64,000 nt of DNA from Bacillota bacterium. Its GTDB lineage: Bacteria > Bacillota > Clostridia > Peptostreptococcales > Anaerovoracaceae. Shown here piece by piece: positions 46,524 to 55,958 of this stretch. Location of the stretch: NCBI GenBank assembly GCA_019420305.1, contig JAHZHL010000005.1, positions 13,480 through 77,479 on the forward strand. Reading direction: 5' to 3'. The translations under genes and the position numbers were made by a program. Numbering within the stretch: the first letter of the stretch is position 1; every line of letters starts with the position of its first letter. The notes below the pieces were generated by a model, which had not been told where the DNA came from, did no database searches, and was given only the letters and a program-made list of their open reading frames with translations.

Positions 46524-48068
46524 ATGACGAATATCGTTGTTGTTATTGTCGTAGCAGTAATAACCCTGGTAATAGGGATTTTAATCGGATATATTATAAG
46601 AAAGTCAGTTGGGGAAAAAGCTATCGGCAGCGCGGAACAAAAGGCGAAAAATCTGATTCTGGACGCTGAGAACCGGTCAGAGACGATCCGGAAAGAATAC
46701 ATTCTGGAAGCCAAAGAAGAAGCGCACAAACTCAGAAGTGACGCGGATCGGGAAATCCGTGAGCGCCGTTCTGAAATTTCAAAGTCAGAGCGGAGACTGA
46801 TTCAAAAGGAAGAATCAATTGACAGAAAACTTGAAAATATAGAGAAAAAAGAAGAAAGCATTACAAACAAAGAGCAGTCGATTATATCGAAGCAGAAAGA
46901 ATTAGATCACGTAATCAATCAGCAGATGGAGGAACTGGAGAAAATCTCCGGTTACTCGGTGGAAGAGGCTAAAGCCATCCTGCTGGAAAACACCGAAAAG
47001 GAGATTCGATATGAAGCATCAGTAATGATCAAAGAAATCGAGTCCAAAGCCAAAGAAGAAGCGGATAAAAAAGCCAAGGAGATTATTACAGGGGCAATCC
47101 AGAGGTGCGCCGCGGATCATGTGGCAGAGAGCACGGTTTCCGTAGTTCCGCTTCCGAATGATGAGATGAAAGGGCGCATTATCGGAAGAGAGGGAAGGAA
47201 TATCAGAGCGATTGAAACTCTGACGGGAATTGACCTTATCATCGATGATACGCCGGAGGCAGTCATACTGTCAGGATTTGATCCGGTAAGAAGAGAAGTC
47301 GCACGCCTGTCGTTGGAAAAATTGATTGTAGATGGAAGAATTCATCCCGCGAGAATCGAAGAAATGGTAAAGAAATCTGAGCGGGAAGTGAATGCCATTA
47401 TTAAAGAGGAGGGAGAACAGGCCACCTTTGAGGTAGGGATACATAATCTCCATCCCGAACTGGTAAAACTTCTGGGAAGGCTGAAATACAGGACTTCCTA
47501 TGGGCAGAATGTATTAAAGCATTCGATTGAAGTCGCGCATCTCGCGGGACTGATGGCAGGAGAATTAGGTCTGGATATCACCCTTGCCAAGCGGGCCGGA
47601 CTGCTCCATGATATCGGTAAAGCCATTGATCATGAGAAAGAAGGAACGCACGTTGATCTGGGAATCGAGGTGCTGAAGAAGTACAAGGAATCCCCAGCCG
47701 TTATCAACGGTATGGCGGCGCACCATGGAGATTACGAGCCGAAGTCCATGGAAGCGGTGCTAATCGCGGCTGCGGATGCGCTTTCGGCGGCAAGACCGGG
47801 CGCGAGAAGAGAAACCCTGGAGACGTATATCAAACGTCTGGAAAAATTGGAGGAAATCGCCAACACTACTCCGGGAGTAGACAAGTCCTTCGCGATCCAG
47901 GCAGGAAGAGAAATCCGCATTATCGCCAAACCGGAAGCAGTTTCCGACGAAGAGATTGTCTTTCTGGCGCGGGATATTTCCAAGAAGATCGAATCGGAAC
48001 TGGAATATCCGGGGCAGATCAAAGTCAATGTTGTGCGTGAGACAAGGGCGATTGACTACGCCAAGTAA
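46524..48068 (+). CDS. rny: ribonuclease Y
   Basis: N-terminal TM, long coiled coil, KH domain ([15 protein letters not shown]) and HD domain (LLHDIGKA). 514 aa. Confidence 0.95.
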   Translation: MTNIVVVIVVAVITLVIGILIGYIIRKSVGEKAIGSAEQKAKNLILDAENRSETIRKEYILEAKEEAHKLRSDADREIRERRSEISKSERRLIQKEESIDRKLENIEKKEESITNKEQSIISKQKELDHVINQQMEELEKISGYSVEEAKAILLENTEKEIRYEASVMIKEIESKAKEEADKKAKEIITGAIQRCAADHVAESTVSVVPLPNDEMKGRIIGREGRNIRAIETLTGIDLIIDDTPEAVILSGFDPVRREVARLSLEKLIVDGRIHPARIEEMVKKSEREVNAIIKEEGEQATFEVGIHNLHPELVKLLGRLKYRTSYGQNVLKHSIEVAHLAGLMAGELGLDITLAKRAGLLHDIGKAIDHEKEGTHVDLGIEVLKKYKESPAVINGMAAHHGDYEPKSMEAVLIAAADALSAARPGARRETLETYIKRLEKLEEIANTTPGVDKSFAIQAGREIRIIAKPEAVSDEEIVFLARDISKKIESELEYPGQIKVNVVRETRAIDYAK

Positions 48069-48148
48069 ACTTGCGCTGTGAAATCTTAAGGAAGATTAAG
48101 AGTCCGGATCGGAAACCTTAATTCTTTAATAAGGATGAGTTAAAACAT

Positions 48149-48199
48149 AACCCGCTGTAAACTGATACAATAAAGTTGTCAGTTTGCAGCGGGTTTTTT
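48149..48199 (+). terminator. rho-independent terminator
   Basis: 17-bp stem aacccgctgtaaactga / tcagtttgcagcgggtt followed by tttt. Confidence 0.8.
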
Positions 48200-48238
48200 G
48201 TGTGGGTCCGCTGAACAAAGAAAGAAGGGGAAGTGAAC

Positions 48239-49066
48239 ATGAAACGAAAGCGAATGACCGAGCTCTTTCCGGGACTGCTTCCATTGCGAAAGCGTCAGAG
48301 GGTATTTTGTTTTTACGCGGGGATGAGTCTGGATGGAAATGTCTACGCGAAAGAGCGGAAAATCGATGACCTGCCATGGGTACAGTACAGCGGGTTCAGC
48401 ATGCTCTACAACCAGCAGACCGGATTCGACATGAAATATCAGGAAAATAAAGTATTTAACCTGCGGCTGGCGGCGAAAAAACTGGACGGACTGCTCATTG
48501 CGCCGGGAGAAACTTTTTCTTTCTGGAAAGCGGTGCGTTACGCGGATCGGGAAGTTCCTTACAAGGACGGTCTTACTGTTGTGAATGGAAAGGTGGCGGC
48601 AAGTCCGGGCGGCGGCTTGTGCCAGATGAGCAATCTTCTGTTTGAGCTGTTTCTCCATTCACCGCTGGAAATCACAGAGCGCAAGGGGCATGAAAAAAAG
48701 GAATTTCCCGATACTCACAATTCCCTGGAAGGTGTGGACGCCACTGTCAGCGAGGGATGGACAGATTTAAAAGTAAAAAACAAAACCGGACAGACATTCC
48801 AGATCCGGATTGTGTTTGATGAGAAACGGATTTTTGGCATTCTGAGAACCGATCATCGGCCGGAGGTGTTCTATAAAATTCGGAATGAACATCTCGTATA
48901 TCAACGGCGGGATGGACGCGTTTACCAAAGAGTGTCTGTTTATCGGGATGAAGTCGCTGAAAACGGAGAGCCGCGCGGCAGGACACGGCTGCTTTATGAA
49001 AATTGCTGTGAAATCGGCTATGAACTTCCTGCGGGTGTGGAAATAAAGGAGGAAATGGGGAAATGA
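48239..49066 (+). CDS. vanW: VanW-family protein
   Basis: FSFWKAVRYADREVPYKDGLTVVNGKV...GGGLCQMSNLLF is the typical VanW core. Lies directly upstream of a Van-type ligase. Confidence 0.8.
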   Translation: MKRKRMTELFPGLLPLRKRQRVFCFYAGMSLDGNVYAKERKIDDLPWVQYSGFSMLYNQQTGFDMKYQENKVFNLRLAAKKLDGLLIAPGETFSFWKAVRYADREVPYKDGLTVVNGKVAASPGGGLCQMSNLLFELFLHSPLEITERKGHEKKEFPDTHNSLEGVDATVSEGWTDLKVKNKTGQTFQIRIVFDEKRIFGILRTDHRPEVFYKIRNEHLVYQRRDGRVYQRVSVYRDEVAENGEPRGRTRLLYENCCEIGYELPAGVEIKEEMGK

Positions 49067-50112
49067 ATAGAAAAAAGATCGGGATCCTTTTCGGGGGGAG
49101 TTCTTCGGAGTATGAAATTTCACTGAAATCAGCATATGGAATTATCAGTCACATTGACAGAAAGCGGTATGAGCCGGTGCTGCTGGGGATTACCAGAGAA
49201 GGAACATGGTTTCTATATCAGGGGGATATTGAACGAATTAAAGATGGAAGCTGGTATCGTCAGGCAGCCTGTATTCCGGCAGTTATTTCTCCGGATCGCA
49301 GATTTCAGGGAGTCGTTTACATGCAGGATGGGGATATAAAGCAGATCCGTCTGGACGCGGCGCTTCCTGTGATGCACGGACGCCTTGGAGAAGACGGAAC
49401 GGTTCAGGGGCTGCTGGAACTGGCGGGAATTCCCATTATCGGGTGTGGAACGAAGGCATCTGCTGTCTGTATGGACAAGGATCTGTCGCACCGTCTGGCG
49501 TCATCGGTGGGCATCCGCGTACCGAAATCAAAGGTACTGACTATCTGGGGAAATCGCGAAAAGGCGCTTGCCTGGGCAGAGGCCGTCGGGTATCCGATTT
49601 TTGTCAAACCGGCGACAGAAGGTTCCTCCATCGGCATCAGTAAGGTATTCGGGGAAAAGCAACTCGGACAGGCAGTGGATATCGCGTTCCAATATGATGC
49701 AAAGGTGATTCTGGAGGAGGAGATTCCCGGCTTCGAGGTGGGATGCGCCGTGCTGGGGTGCGAAGACCCCCTGCTGGGATGTGTGGATGAAATTGAAGTA
49801 TCCGGAGGATTCTTTGATTTTCAGGAAAAATATACGCAGAAGCGCTCGAAAATTCATGTGCCGGCAAGAATTTCAGCGGAAAAGATGAAAGAAATACAGG
49901 AGGCGGCAAAGCGGATCTACTGGGTGCTGGGCTGCAAAGGGTTCGCGCGGGTGGATCTGTTTCTGACACCGGAAGGTGAACTGGTCTTTAACGAAGTGAA
50001 TACGATTCCGGGATTTACTCCATACAGCCGTTATCCTAACATGATGAAACAGATTGGGCTTTCTTATGGCGAAGTGATAGAACGGCTGATTCAGACGGAG
50101 GTTCTATCATGA
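49063..50112 (+). CDS. D-alanine--D-serine/D-lactate type ligase (VanG-like) of the Ddl family
   Basis: N-terminus KIGILFGGSSSEYEISLKSA and LPVMHGRLGEDGTVQGLLELAGIPIIGC. The C-terminal NTIPGFTPYSRYPNMM resembles the PGFTSYSRYPRMM motif I recall for Van ligases, not the SMYPKLW of housekeeping Ddl. Confidence 0.75.
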   Translation: MNRKKIGILFGGSSSEYEISLKSAYGIISHIDRKRYEPVLLGITREGTWFLYQGDIERIKDGSWYRQAACIPAVISPDRRFQGVVYMQDGDIKQIRLDAALPVMHGRLGEDGTVQGLLELAGIPIIGCGTKASAVCMDKDLSHRLASSVGIRVPKSKVLTIWGNREKALAWAEAVGYPIFVKPATEGSSIGISKVFGEKQLGQAVDIAFQYDAKVILEEEIPGFEVGCAVLGCEDPLLGCVDEIEVSGGFFDFQEKYTQKRSKIHVPARISAEKMKEIQEAAKRIYWVLGCKGFARVDLFLTPEGELVFNEVNTIPGFTPYSRYPNMMKQIGLSYGEVIERLIQTEVLS

Positions 50113-50831
50113 GGAGGATTTTTTTAGAAAAGAAAGAGATTCATAAAGGAAGCTTGGTTCTTGTTAATCGGAACCACGCGCTTCCGCGACAGATTGGGGA
50201 AGGACAGCTGCAATCCCTGGGAGGATCCGTGTCCATGGAGAAGGCCGCGGCCGCGCAGCTCGGGCGTCTTCTGGAAAGAAAACGGGAAATCGTCTGTGTC
50301 AGCGGATTTCGCAGCCGAAAAGAACAGGAGGAATTGTATCTCCGATCCCTGGAGGAACATGGAGAAGTTTTTACGAACAAGTATGTGGCAGAGCCGGGAC
50401 ACAGTGAGCATGAGAGCGGTCTGGCAGTAGATCTGGCGCAAAGAGGAGCGCCGCCGGATCTCATACGCCCGTCTTTTCCGGACAGCGGCGTGTGCCGGAG
50501 CTTTCGGAAAAAGGCGCCATGGTTCGGATTTATTCAGCGGTATGAAGAGGGGAAAGAAGCGATCACCGGAATCGCGTGCGAACCGTGGCATTTCCGGTAT
50601 GTGGGCTTTCCCCACTCTCTGATCATGCAGAAAAAAGACCTCGCGCTGGAAGAATACCTGGATCTTCTGAAAACAGGCGGAGAGCTGATCTGGAAATACG
50701 CGGGCAGGCGCTTTCAAATCCGCTACGTGGATCTCGGCGGAAAGACATCAATCTTTGCGGAAATACCGGAACGAAGAGCCTGGCGAATTTCCGGCGACAA
50801 CCGGAGCGGCTTTATTGTTACGTTGTTTTAA
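50109..50831 (+). CDS. M15B D,D-peptidase (VanY / VanXY-like)
   Basis: SGFRS..EQ, the zinc motif SEHESGLAVD (SxHxxGxAxD) and EPWH (ExxH). No signal peptide or TM visible. Confidence 0.8.
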   Translation: MRRIFLEKKEIHKGSLVLVNRNHALPRQIGEGQLQSLGGSVSMEKAAAAQLGRLLERKREIVCVSGFRSRKEQEELYLRSLEEHGEVFTNKYVAEPGHSEHESGLAVDLAQRGAPPDLIRPSFPDSGVCRSFRKKAPWFGFIQRYEEGKEAITGIACEPWHFRYVGFPHSLIMQKKDLALEEYLDLLKTGGELIWKYAGRRFQIRYVDLGGKTSIFAEIPERRAWRISGDNRSGFIVTLF

Positions 50832-50901
50832 ACCGCAAATTGTTTGCAAGCGGCTTCCGATGCGGTTATACTATAGGCAGGTAAATTTTGTTGGGAGGCG
50901 G

Positions 50902-51708
50902 ATGCAGATGGGGAGAAAACCGGCAGCGGAAAGGCGGATTGAGATCCTGGAGACAGCGGTCAGCTTATTTCTCAGCCAGGGATATTTAAAGACTTCCATG
51001 CAGGATGTGGCGGAGGCGGCAAGTGTGTCAAAGGCTACGCTGTACCAGATTTTTGAATCCAAAGAAGGATTGGGAACCGAAGCAGTGTCTCTTCTTACGA
51101 TGCGGATGCTGGAACGGGTGGAGGCGGCAGCAGAGCGAAATCATCCCTTTTCTCAGGAGCTGCTGAAGCAGAGTATCCGGATCCGTATGGAACAGTTTGC
51201 GCAACGCAGCCGATTGGCGGAAGAGATTCGATTTTCCATAGAGGAAGGGCAGAAGAAACAGTATCTTCTGCCTCTGGTTCAGAACAGCCTGCGGATCTTC
51301 CGATGCTTTACAAGAGTGATCATGCGAACCTTCGGATTGGGGAGCGAACTGATGGCGGGAGAACTGACCTTTGTTCTAAACGGTCTGCTGAGGGAGTATA
51401 TGGCGGTAAACGGTGAGGAAGGGCTGAAGCTGGAAGAGGACGCGGTCTGCGATCTGATTATTGATTGTCTGGAGGCAGTGATGGAACGGCGCAGGGATAA
51501 GGAACGGATGATTACCCCACAGCAGATGCGGACTTTTCAGGAAACGCTGGATGGAGAAGTGTCTTCCATATATCCGAATCTGCGGAAGATGCAGCTCCGC
51601 AAGGCACTGAAAGGCGCGATTCGGGATTATGAACAGAGCGGGGATCTTTCTTGTTTGCGGGAAGCGTCCGCGTTGATTGACAAATTAAAACAGATGGAAG
51701 AAAAATGA
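50902..51708 (+). CDS. TetR/AcrR-family transcriptional regulator
   Basis: N-terminal HTH ILETAVSLFLSQGYLKTSMQDVAEAASVSKATLYQIF. ATG 50902 follows the gggagg RBS. Confidence 0.75.
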   Translation: MQMGRKPAAERRIEILETAVSLFLSQGYLKTSMQDVAEAASVSKATLYQIFESKEGLGTEAVSLLTMRMLERVEAAAERNHPFSQELLKQSIRIRMEQFAQRSRLAEEIRFSIEEGQKKQYLLPLVQNSLRIFRCFTRVIMRTFGLGSELMAGELTFVLNGLLREYMAVNGEEGLKLEEDAVCDLIIDCLEAVMERRRDKERMITPQQMRTFQETLDGEVSSIYPNLRKMQLRKALKGAIRDYEQSGDLSCLREASALIDKLKQMEEK

Positions 51709-51778
51709 GCGGTTCGGATTCCTTGACGCAAGTGGGAGGATGAGATAAAATAAATAGGTTATAGACAAAGGAGAGACT

Positions 51779-52897
51779 ATGATTTATTTAGATAACAGCG
51801 CGACGACCAGACAGCATGAGCAGGTGACGGATACGATGCTGACCTATATGCGGGAGGATTTCGGAAACCCGTCCTCGCTTTACAGCCTGGGCATCACGGC
51901 GGAAAAAGCGGTAAAAGAAGCCCGGAAAAAGGTAATAAAAGCCATGGGAAAAAACGAGGGCGCCGTTTATTTTACCTCCGGAGGAACGGAAGCGGACAGT
52001 ATGGCGATCTTCGGAGCCGCGATGGCGAGAAAGCGCCGGGGCCGCGGGATTGTGACCTCAAAGGTGGAGCATCCGGCAGTGCTGGAAGCCTGCGGACGTC
52101 TGGAAGAAATGGGGTTTGACGTTACGTATGTGGGAGTGGATTCGGAATGCCGTGTCAATATGGATGAATTGAAAGCAGCAGTCCGTGAAGATACGATTCT
52201 GATCACCATCATGCAGGTGAATAACGAAACCGGAAGCATTATGCCTGTCGACGAGCTTGCGGAATTTAAAAAGCAGGCGCTGCTGCATACAGACGCGGTA
52301 CAGGCCTTTGGAAAAATCGAGCTGCCCCGCGGCGCGGATCTGATTTCCGTCAGCGGGCACAAGATACACGGCCCCAAGGGAATTGGCGGACTCTGGATAG
52401 GGGAAGGCGTCCGCATCCGGCCGTTTTTAGTCGGCGGAGGCCAGGAGGCGGGCATGCGGTCCGGCACAGAGAACGTACCCGCCATCGCGGGATTCGGGAT
52501 CGCGGCGGAGCTGGCGGAAGATCCGCAGCCTGCTGTAGCGCAGGTGCGGGACTACCTGCGAAGGGGTCTGAAAGAAGAAATCTCCGATATCCGGTTTAAC
52601 AGCCCGGAGGATGCCTGTCCTTCGGTTTTGAATGTATCGTTTCTCGGGACGCGCGCGGAGGTGCTGCTCCACACACTGGAACAGGACGAAATTTATGTTT
52701 CCACAGGATCCGCGTGTTCCTCCAATAAGAAAGGACAGAGCCACGTGCTGGAAGCGATGGGGCTTTCCGATAAGGAGATTGAAGGGGCTGTGCGCTTCAG
52801 CTTCAGCCGGTATAATACGATAGAAGAGATGGATTTTGTTTTAGAAAAAGTAAAAGCTGCCGTATCCCGTTTTCGGAAGCTGGGGAGCTTTCGGTAG
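51779..52897 (+). CDS. cysteine desulfurase (NifS/IscS family)
   Basis: FTSGGTEADS, PLP lysine context SVSGHKIHGPKGIG and active-site loop GSACSS. Paired with thiI. Confidence 0.85.
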   Translation: MIYLDNSATTRQHEQVTDTMLTYMREDFGNPSSLYSLGITAEKAVKEARKKVIKAMGKNEGAVYFTSGGTEADSMAIFGAAMARKRRGRGIVTSKVEHPAVLEACGRLEEMGFDVTYVGVDSECRVNMDELKAAVREDTILITIMQVNNETGSIMPVDELAEFKKQALLHTDAVQAFGKIELPRGADLISVSGHKIHGPKGIGGLWIGEGVRIRPFLVGGGQEAGMRSGTENVPAIAGFGIAAELAEDPQPAVAQVRDYLRRGLKEEISDIRFNSPEDACPSVLNVSFLGTRAEVLLHTLEQDEIYVSTGSACSSNKKGQSHVLEAMGLSDKEIEGAVRFSFSRYNTIEEMDFVLEKVKAAVSRFRKLGSFR

Positions 52898-52912
52898 CAG
52901 AAGGAGAAGGTC

Positions 52913-54100
52913 TTGAACGAGCAACATATTTTTATTGTCAGATGCGGAGAGGTTGCCTTAAAGGGCATGAACAAGCCATATTTTGAGCGGATGCTGGCGG
53001 AACGGATCCGCAAGCTGCTGAAACGGAAATTTGCGGATTTTGAAGTGAAGCGCCAGGAGGGGCTGATTTTCGTGAGAGCGGATAAATCCTATGAGAAAGA
53101 AGAGATTATCCGGGAAATTTCCAAAGTGTTTGGAGTCGCTTCCATCAGCCCGGCTGTGGAAGCGGAGCCCGCGCTGGACGCCATCGGCGAAGCGGCCGTC
53201 GCTTATATGAAAGAAGCTATCGAGGAACGGGGCATTCAGACGTTTAAAGTGAAGGCAAAGCGGGCGGATAAAAATTTTCCTGTAAAATCACCGGAAATCG
53301 GACGGATTATCGGAGCGAAAATCCTGATCGGATGCAAGGTGCTGCGGGTGGATGTCAACCATCCGGACTGCCTGCTTTTTGTGGATGTACGCCATGATAA
53401 AGCGTACATTTACCAGGACAAAATCGCCGGATTCGGCGGGCTGCCCCTGGGAACCAACGGCAAGGGCATGAGCCTTCTGTCCGGAGGTATCGACAGCCCG
53501 GTGGCTACCTGGATGATGGCAAAGCGGGGAATGATGATCGAAGCGATCCATTTTCATTCCTATCCGTATACCAGTCAGAGAGCGCAGGAGAAAGTCGAAG
53601 AGCTGGCGAGAATCGTCGCTACCTATTGCGGTCGGTTTAAAATGCATGTGATCAATCTGTTGCCGATTCAGGAACAGATTGTTCAGAACTGTCCGGAAGA
53701 AGAAACAACCATTCTGGTTCGCCGTTTTATGATGCGGATCGCGGAAAAGGTCGCTGGTGAGACGGGCTGCGGCATGCTGATTACCGGAGAAAATCTGGGG
53801 CAGGTTGCCAGCCAGACCGCCGAAGCGCTGGTGGTAACCGACGCGTCGGTCAAGATGCCGGTTATGCGTCCGCTGATCGCGCTGGATAAAGTCGATATTA
53901 TGGATAAGGCGCGGGAGATCGGTACGTATGAAACGTCAATCCAGCCTTATGAGGATTGCTGCACCGTATTCCTTCCCAAGCATCCGGTGACAAAGCCGAG
54001 ACTGGAGCGAATCCTGGAATCCGAGAGCCGCCTGGACTGCGAAACTCTGATCGCGGATGCTGTAGCTTCCAGAGAAACCATCGACATAAAGCCGGAATAA
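52913..54100 (+). CDS. thiI: tRNA 4-thiouridine synthase ThiI
   Basis: THUMP N-domain plus PP-loop SLLSGGIDSPVA. TTG start as listed. Confidence 0.9.
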   Translation: MNEQHIFIVRCGEVALKGMNKPYFERMLAERIRKLLKRKFADFEVKRQEGLIFVRADKSYEKEEIIREISKVFGVASISPAVEAEPALDAIGEAAVAYMKEAIEERGIQTFKVKAKRADKNFPVKSPEIGRIIGAKILIGCKVLRVDVNHPDCLLFVDVRHDKAYIYQDKIAGFGGLPLGTNGKGMSLLSGGIDSPVATWMMAKRGMMIEAIHFHSYPYTSQRAQEKVEELARIVATYCGRFKMHVINLLPIQEQIVQNCPEEETTILVRRFMMRIAEKVAGETGCGMLITGENLGQVASQTAEALVVTDASVKMPVMRPLIALDKVDIMDKAREIGTYETSIQPYEDCCTVFLPKHPVTKPRLERILESESRLDCETLIADAVASRETIDIKPE

Positions 54101-54205
54101 TCGCTAAAAATAGAAGAATTTCCTCCTTTTCTCCTAAGGACAAGCCGGCAGGGCGGTACTATAATGGAACTGTACCGTGCAGGTCAGAGAAAGGAGGACT
54201 TTTTT

Positions 54206-54586
54206 ATGCATGTAAAATTTCAGATGACAGATGATATTCTAATCGCTTCCGTATTTGGAGAACTGGATCATCACAGCGCGACCGCGGTGCGGGATGAAAT
54301 TGATCAGACGATGGAAGCCTTTCAATGCCGGCATCTGATTTTGGATTTTGAAAAAGTGACGTTTATGGACAGTTCCGGTATCGGCGTGGTACTGGGAAGA
54401 TATAATAAGGTGACCCGCAAAGACGGAAGGATTTTTCTCGCGGGATGTTCTGAATTCGTGGAAAAGATTTTATATATGGCGGGGGTATTTTCCCTTGTGG
54501 ACAGGCAGAAGAATGTGCAGGATGCGCTCTGTCTTTTGAAAGGACAGCGGCAGATGCAGATGGAGGTGAGTGCCAGTGGAGAATAG
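54206..54586 (+). CDS. spoIIAA: anti-sigma-F factor antagonist SpoIIAA (STAS)
   Basis: ELDHHSA...FMDSSGIGV with the phospho-serine context DSSG. ATG 54206 sits 8 nt after the aaggagg RBS. Confidence 0.85.
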   Translation: MHVKFQMTDDILIASVFGELDHHSATAVRDEIDQTMEAFQCRHLILDFEKVTFMDSSGIGVVLGRYNKVTRKDGRIFLAGCSEFVEKILYMAGVFSLVDRQKNVQDALCLLKGQRQMQMEVSASGE

Positions 54587-55013
54587 AATGAAGATGGAAT
54601 TCGCGGCCCGCGCGGAAAACGAAGCCTTTGCCCGGGCCGCGGCCGCGGCCTTTGTGGCGTGTCTGGATCCGACGATTGAAGAACTTACGGAAATCAAGAC
54701 CGGCGTTTCCGAAGCGGTCAGCAACAGCATCATCCACGGATATGGGGAAGATCCGGAAAAGATGGTGGAACTGGAATGCAGGATTCTCGCGGATCGGAAA
54801 GTTGTTCTTCTTGTCCGGGATCAGGGCGCGGGCATTGCGGATGTGGAGAAAGCCAGAGAACCGATGTTTACGACAGGAAAGCCGGAAGAACGCTCCGGTA
54901 TGGGATTTACGGTGATGGAAAGCTTTATGGATCGAGTAGAGGTCACCTCATGTGTGGGAGAGGGAACCACCGTGACGATGATCAAACAGTTGGATGTCGG
55001 CGATGGCTTCTAA
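54576..55013 (+). CDS. spoIIAB: anti-sigma-F factor SpoIIAB (serine kinase)
   Basis: FARAAAAAFVACLDPTIEELTEIKTGVSEAVSNSIIHGY and ERSGMGFT. GTG 54576 makes the N-terminus VENRMKMEFAARAENEAFAR align residue-for-residue with B. subtilis MKNEMHLEFSALSQNESFAR as I recall it. ATG 54588 is an alternative start. Confidence 0.85.
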   Translation: MENRMKMEFAARAENEAFARAAAAAFVACLDPTIEELTEIKTGVSEAVSNSIIHGYGEDPEKMVELECRILADRKVVLLVRDQGAGIADVEKAREPMFTTGKPEERSGMGFTVMESFMDRVEVTSCVGEGTTVTMIKQLDVGDGF

Positions 55014-55743
55014 ATATGTCCCGGTTAAAAAAGAAGATACATATGCCCTGATTCAAAGAGCCCAGCAGGGAGATCGGCAGGCATGCGAACAGATTGTCAG
55101 CCAGAATACCGGCCTTGTGAAAAATCTGGCTCTGAAGTTCGCGGGATCCGGCTACGAACTGGAAGATCTGCTGCAAATCGGGTTTATGGGTCTGCTTAAA
55201 GCCATTGAACGGTTTGACATGAGCTTTGACGTGATGTTTTCCACCTACGCGGTGCCTATGATTCTGGGAGAAATCAAACGGTATATCCGCGATGACGGCA
55301 AGCTCAAGGTCAGCCGTCAGATGAAGATGGACATCCGGAATCTGAAACGGATCAAAGAAGAATACTATTATAAGAACGGGACCTGGCCCAAGCTGAGCTA
55401 CCTTGCCCGGGAAATGGAGGTTCCGGTGGAGAAGGTGCTGGAAATTCTGGACGCGGCGGAAGCCCTCTCTAACGTGGAAAGTCTGGACAACAGTGAAATC
55501 TCGGAAGGCTATCGGGAAAAAAAGGTCAGTCATATTTCCGAGGAAGATCGGAATATCGAACTGATCGACCTGAAAATGGTGATCGGTTCCCTTTCTGAGC
55601 GGGAACGGCAGGTGATTGTGCTTCGGTATTTTAAAGACATGACTCAACAGCAGATCGCGGGAAAAATGGGAATTTCCCAGGTGCAGGTATCTCGCATCGA
55701 GAAAAAAGTACTCAAAAGCATGCGGGAGAAGATGGTGGAATAA
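54994..55743 (+). CDS. sigF: sporulation sigma factor SigF
   Basis: Third gene of the spoIIA operon, with NTGLVKNLALKF, DLLQIGFMGLLKAIERFD, FSTYAVPMILGEIKRYIRD and region 4 QQQIAGKMGISQVQVSRIEKK. The start could be 54994 or 55003. Confidence 0.9.
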   Translation: MSAMASKYVPVKKEDTYALIQRAQQGDRQACEQIVSQNTGLVKNLALKFAGSGYELEDLLQIGFMGLLKAIERFDMSFDVMFSTYAVPMILGEIKRYIRDDGKLKVSRQMKMDIRNLKRIKEEYYYKNGTWPKLSYLAREMEVPVEKVLEILDAAEALSNVESLDNSEISEGYREKKVSHISEEDRNIELIDLKMVIGSLSERERQVIVLRYFKDMTQQQIAGKMGISQVQVSRIEKKVLKSMREKMVE

Positions 55744-55764
55744 AAGGTATGGAACAGAACGGAG

Positions 55765-55798
55765 AAAACGGCCGGCTTACAAAAGCCGACCGTTTTTT
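55765..55798 (+). terminator. rho-independent terminator of the spoIIA operon
   Basis: aaaacggccggc-ttacaaaa-gccgaccgtttt stem with one mismatch, followed by tttttt. Confidence 0.7.
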
Positions 55799-55799
55799 A

Positions 55800-55889
55800 G
55801 AATTCCGCGCCGCATGAGTCTGATAATTTAAAATTTTATTTTTATGCATATATATACATAAAAATGATTGACGGGGAATTCCGCGCCGC
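55800..55889. repeat. direct 14-nt repeat GAATTCCGCGCCGC (55800-55813 and 55876-55889) bracketing the AT palindrome TTTTTATG-catatatata-CATAAAAA
   Basis: Read directly from the sequence. The second copy lies in the spacer of the promoter listed below. Confidence 0.8.
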
Positions 55890-55896
55890 TTATAAT
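55868..55896 (+). promoter_or_regulatory. promoter of the lactate-utilisation locus, TTGACG-17 nt-TATAAT
   Basis: Hexamers at 55868-55873 and 55891-55896, about 60 nt upstream of the ATG at 55959. Confidence 0.6.
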
Positions 55897-55958
55897 ATAC
55901 AATATATTAAATGTTATATTTTTTGTGTATGGCAATTTGCGAAAGAAAGGAGTTTCAA

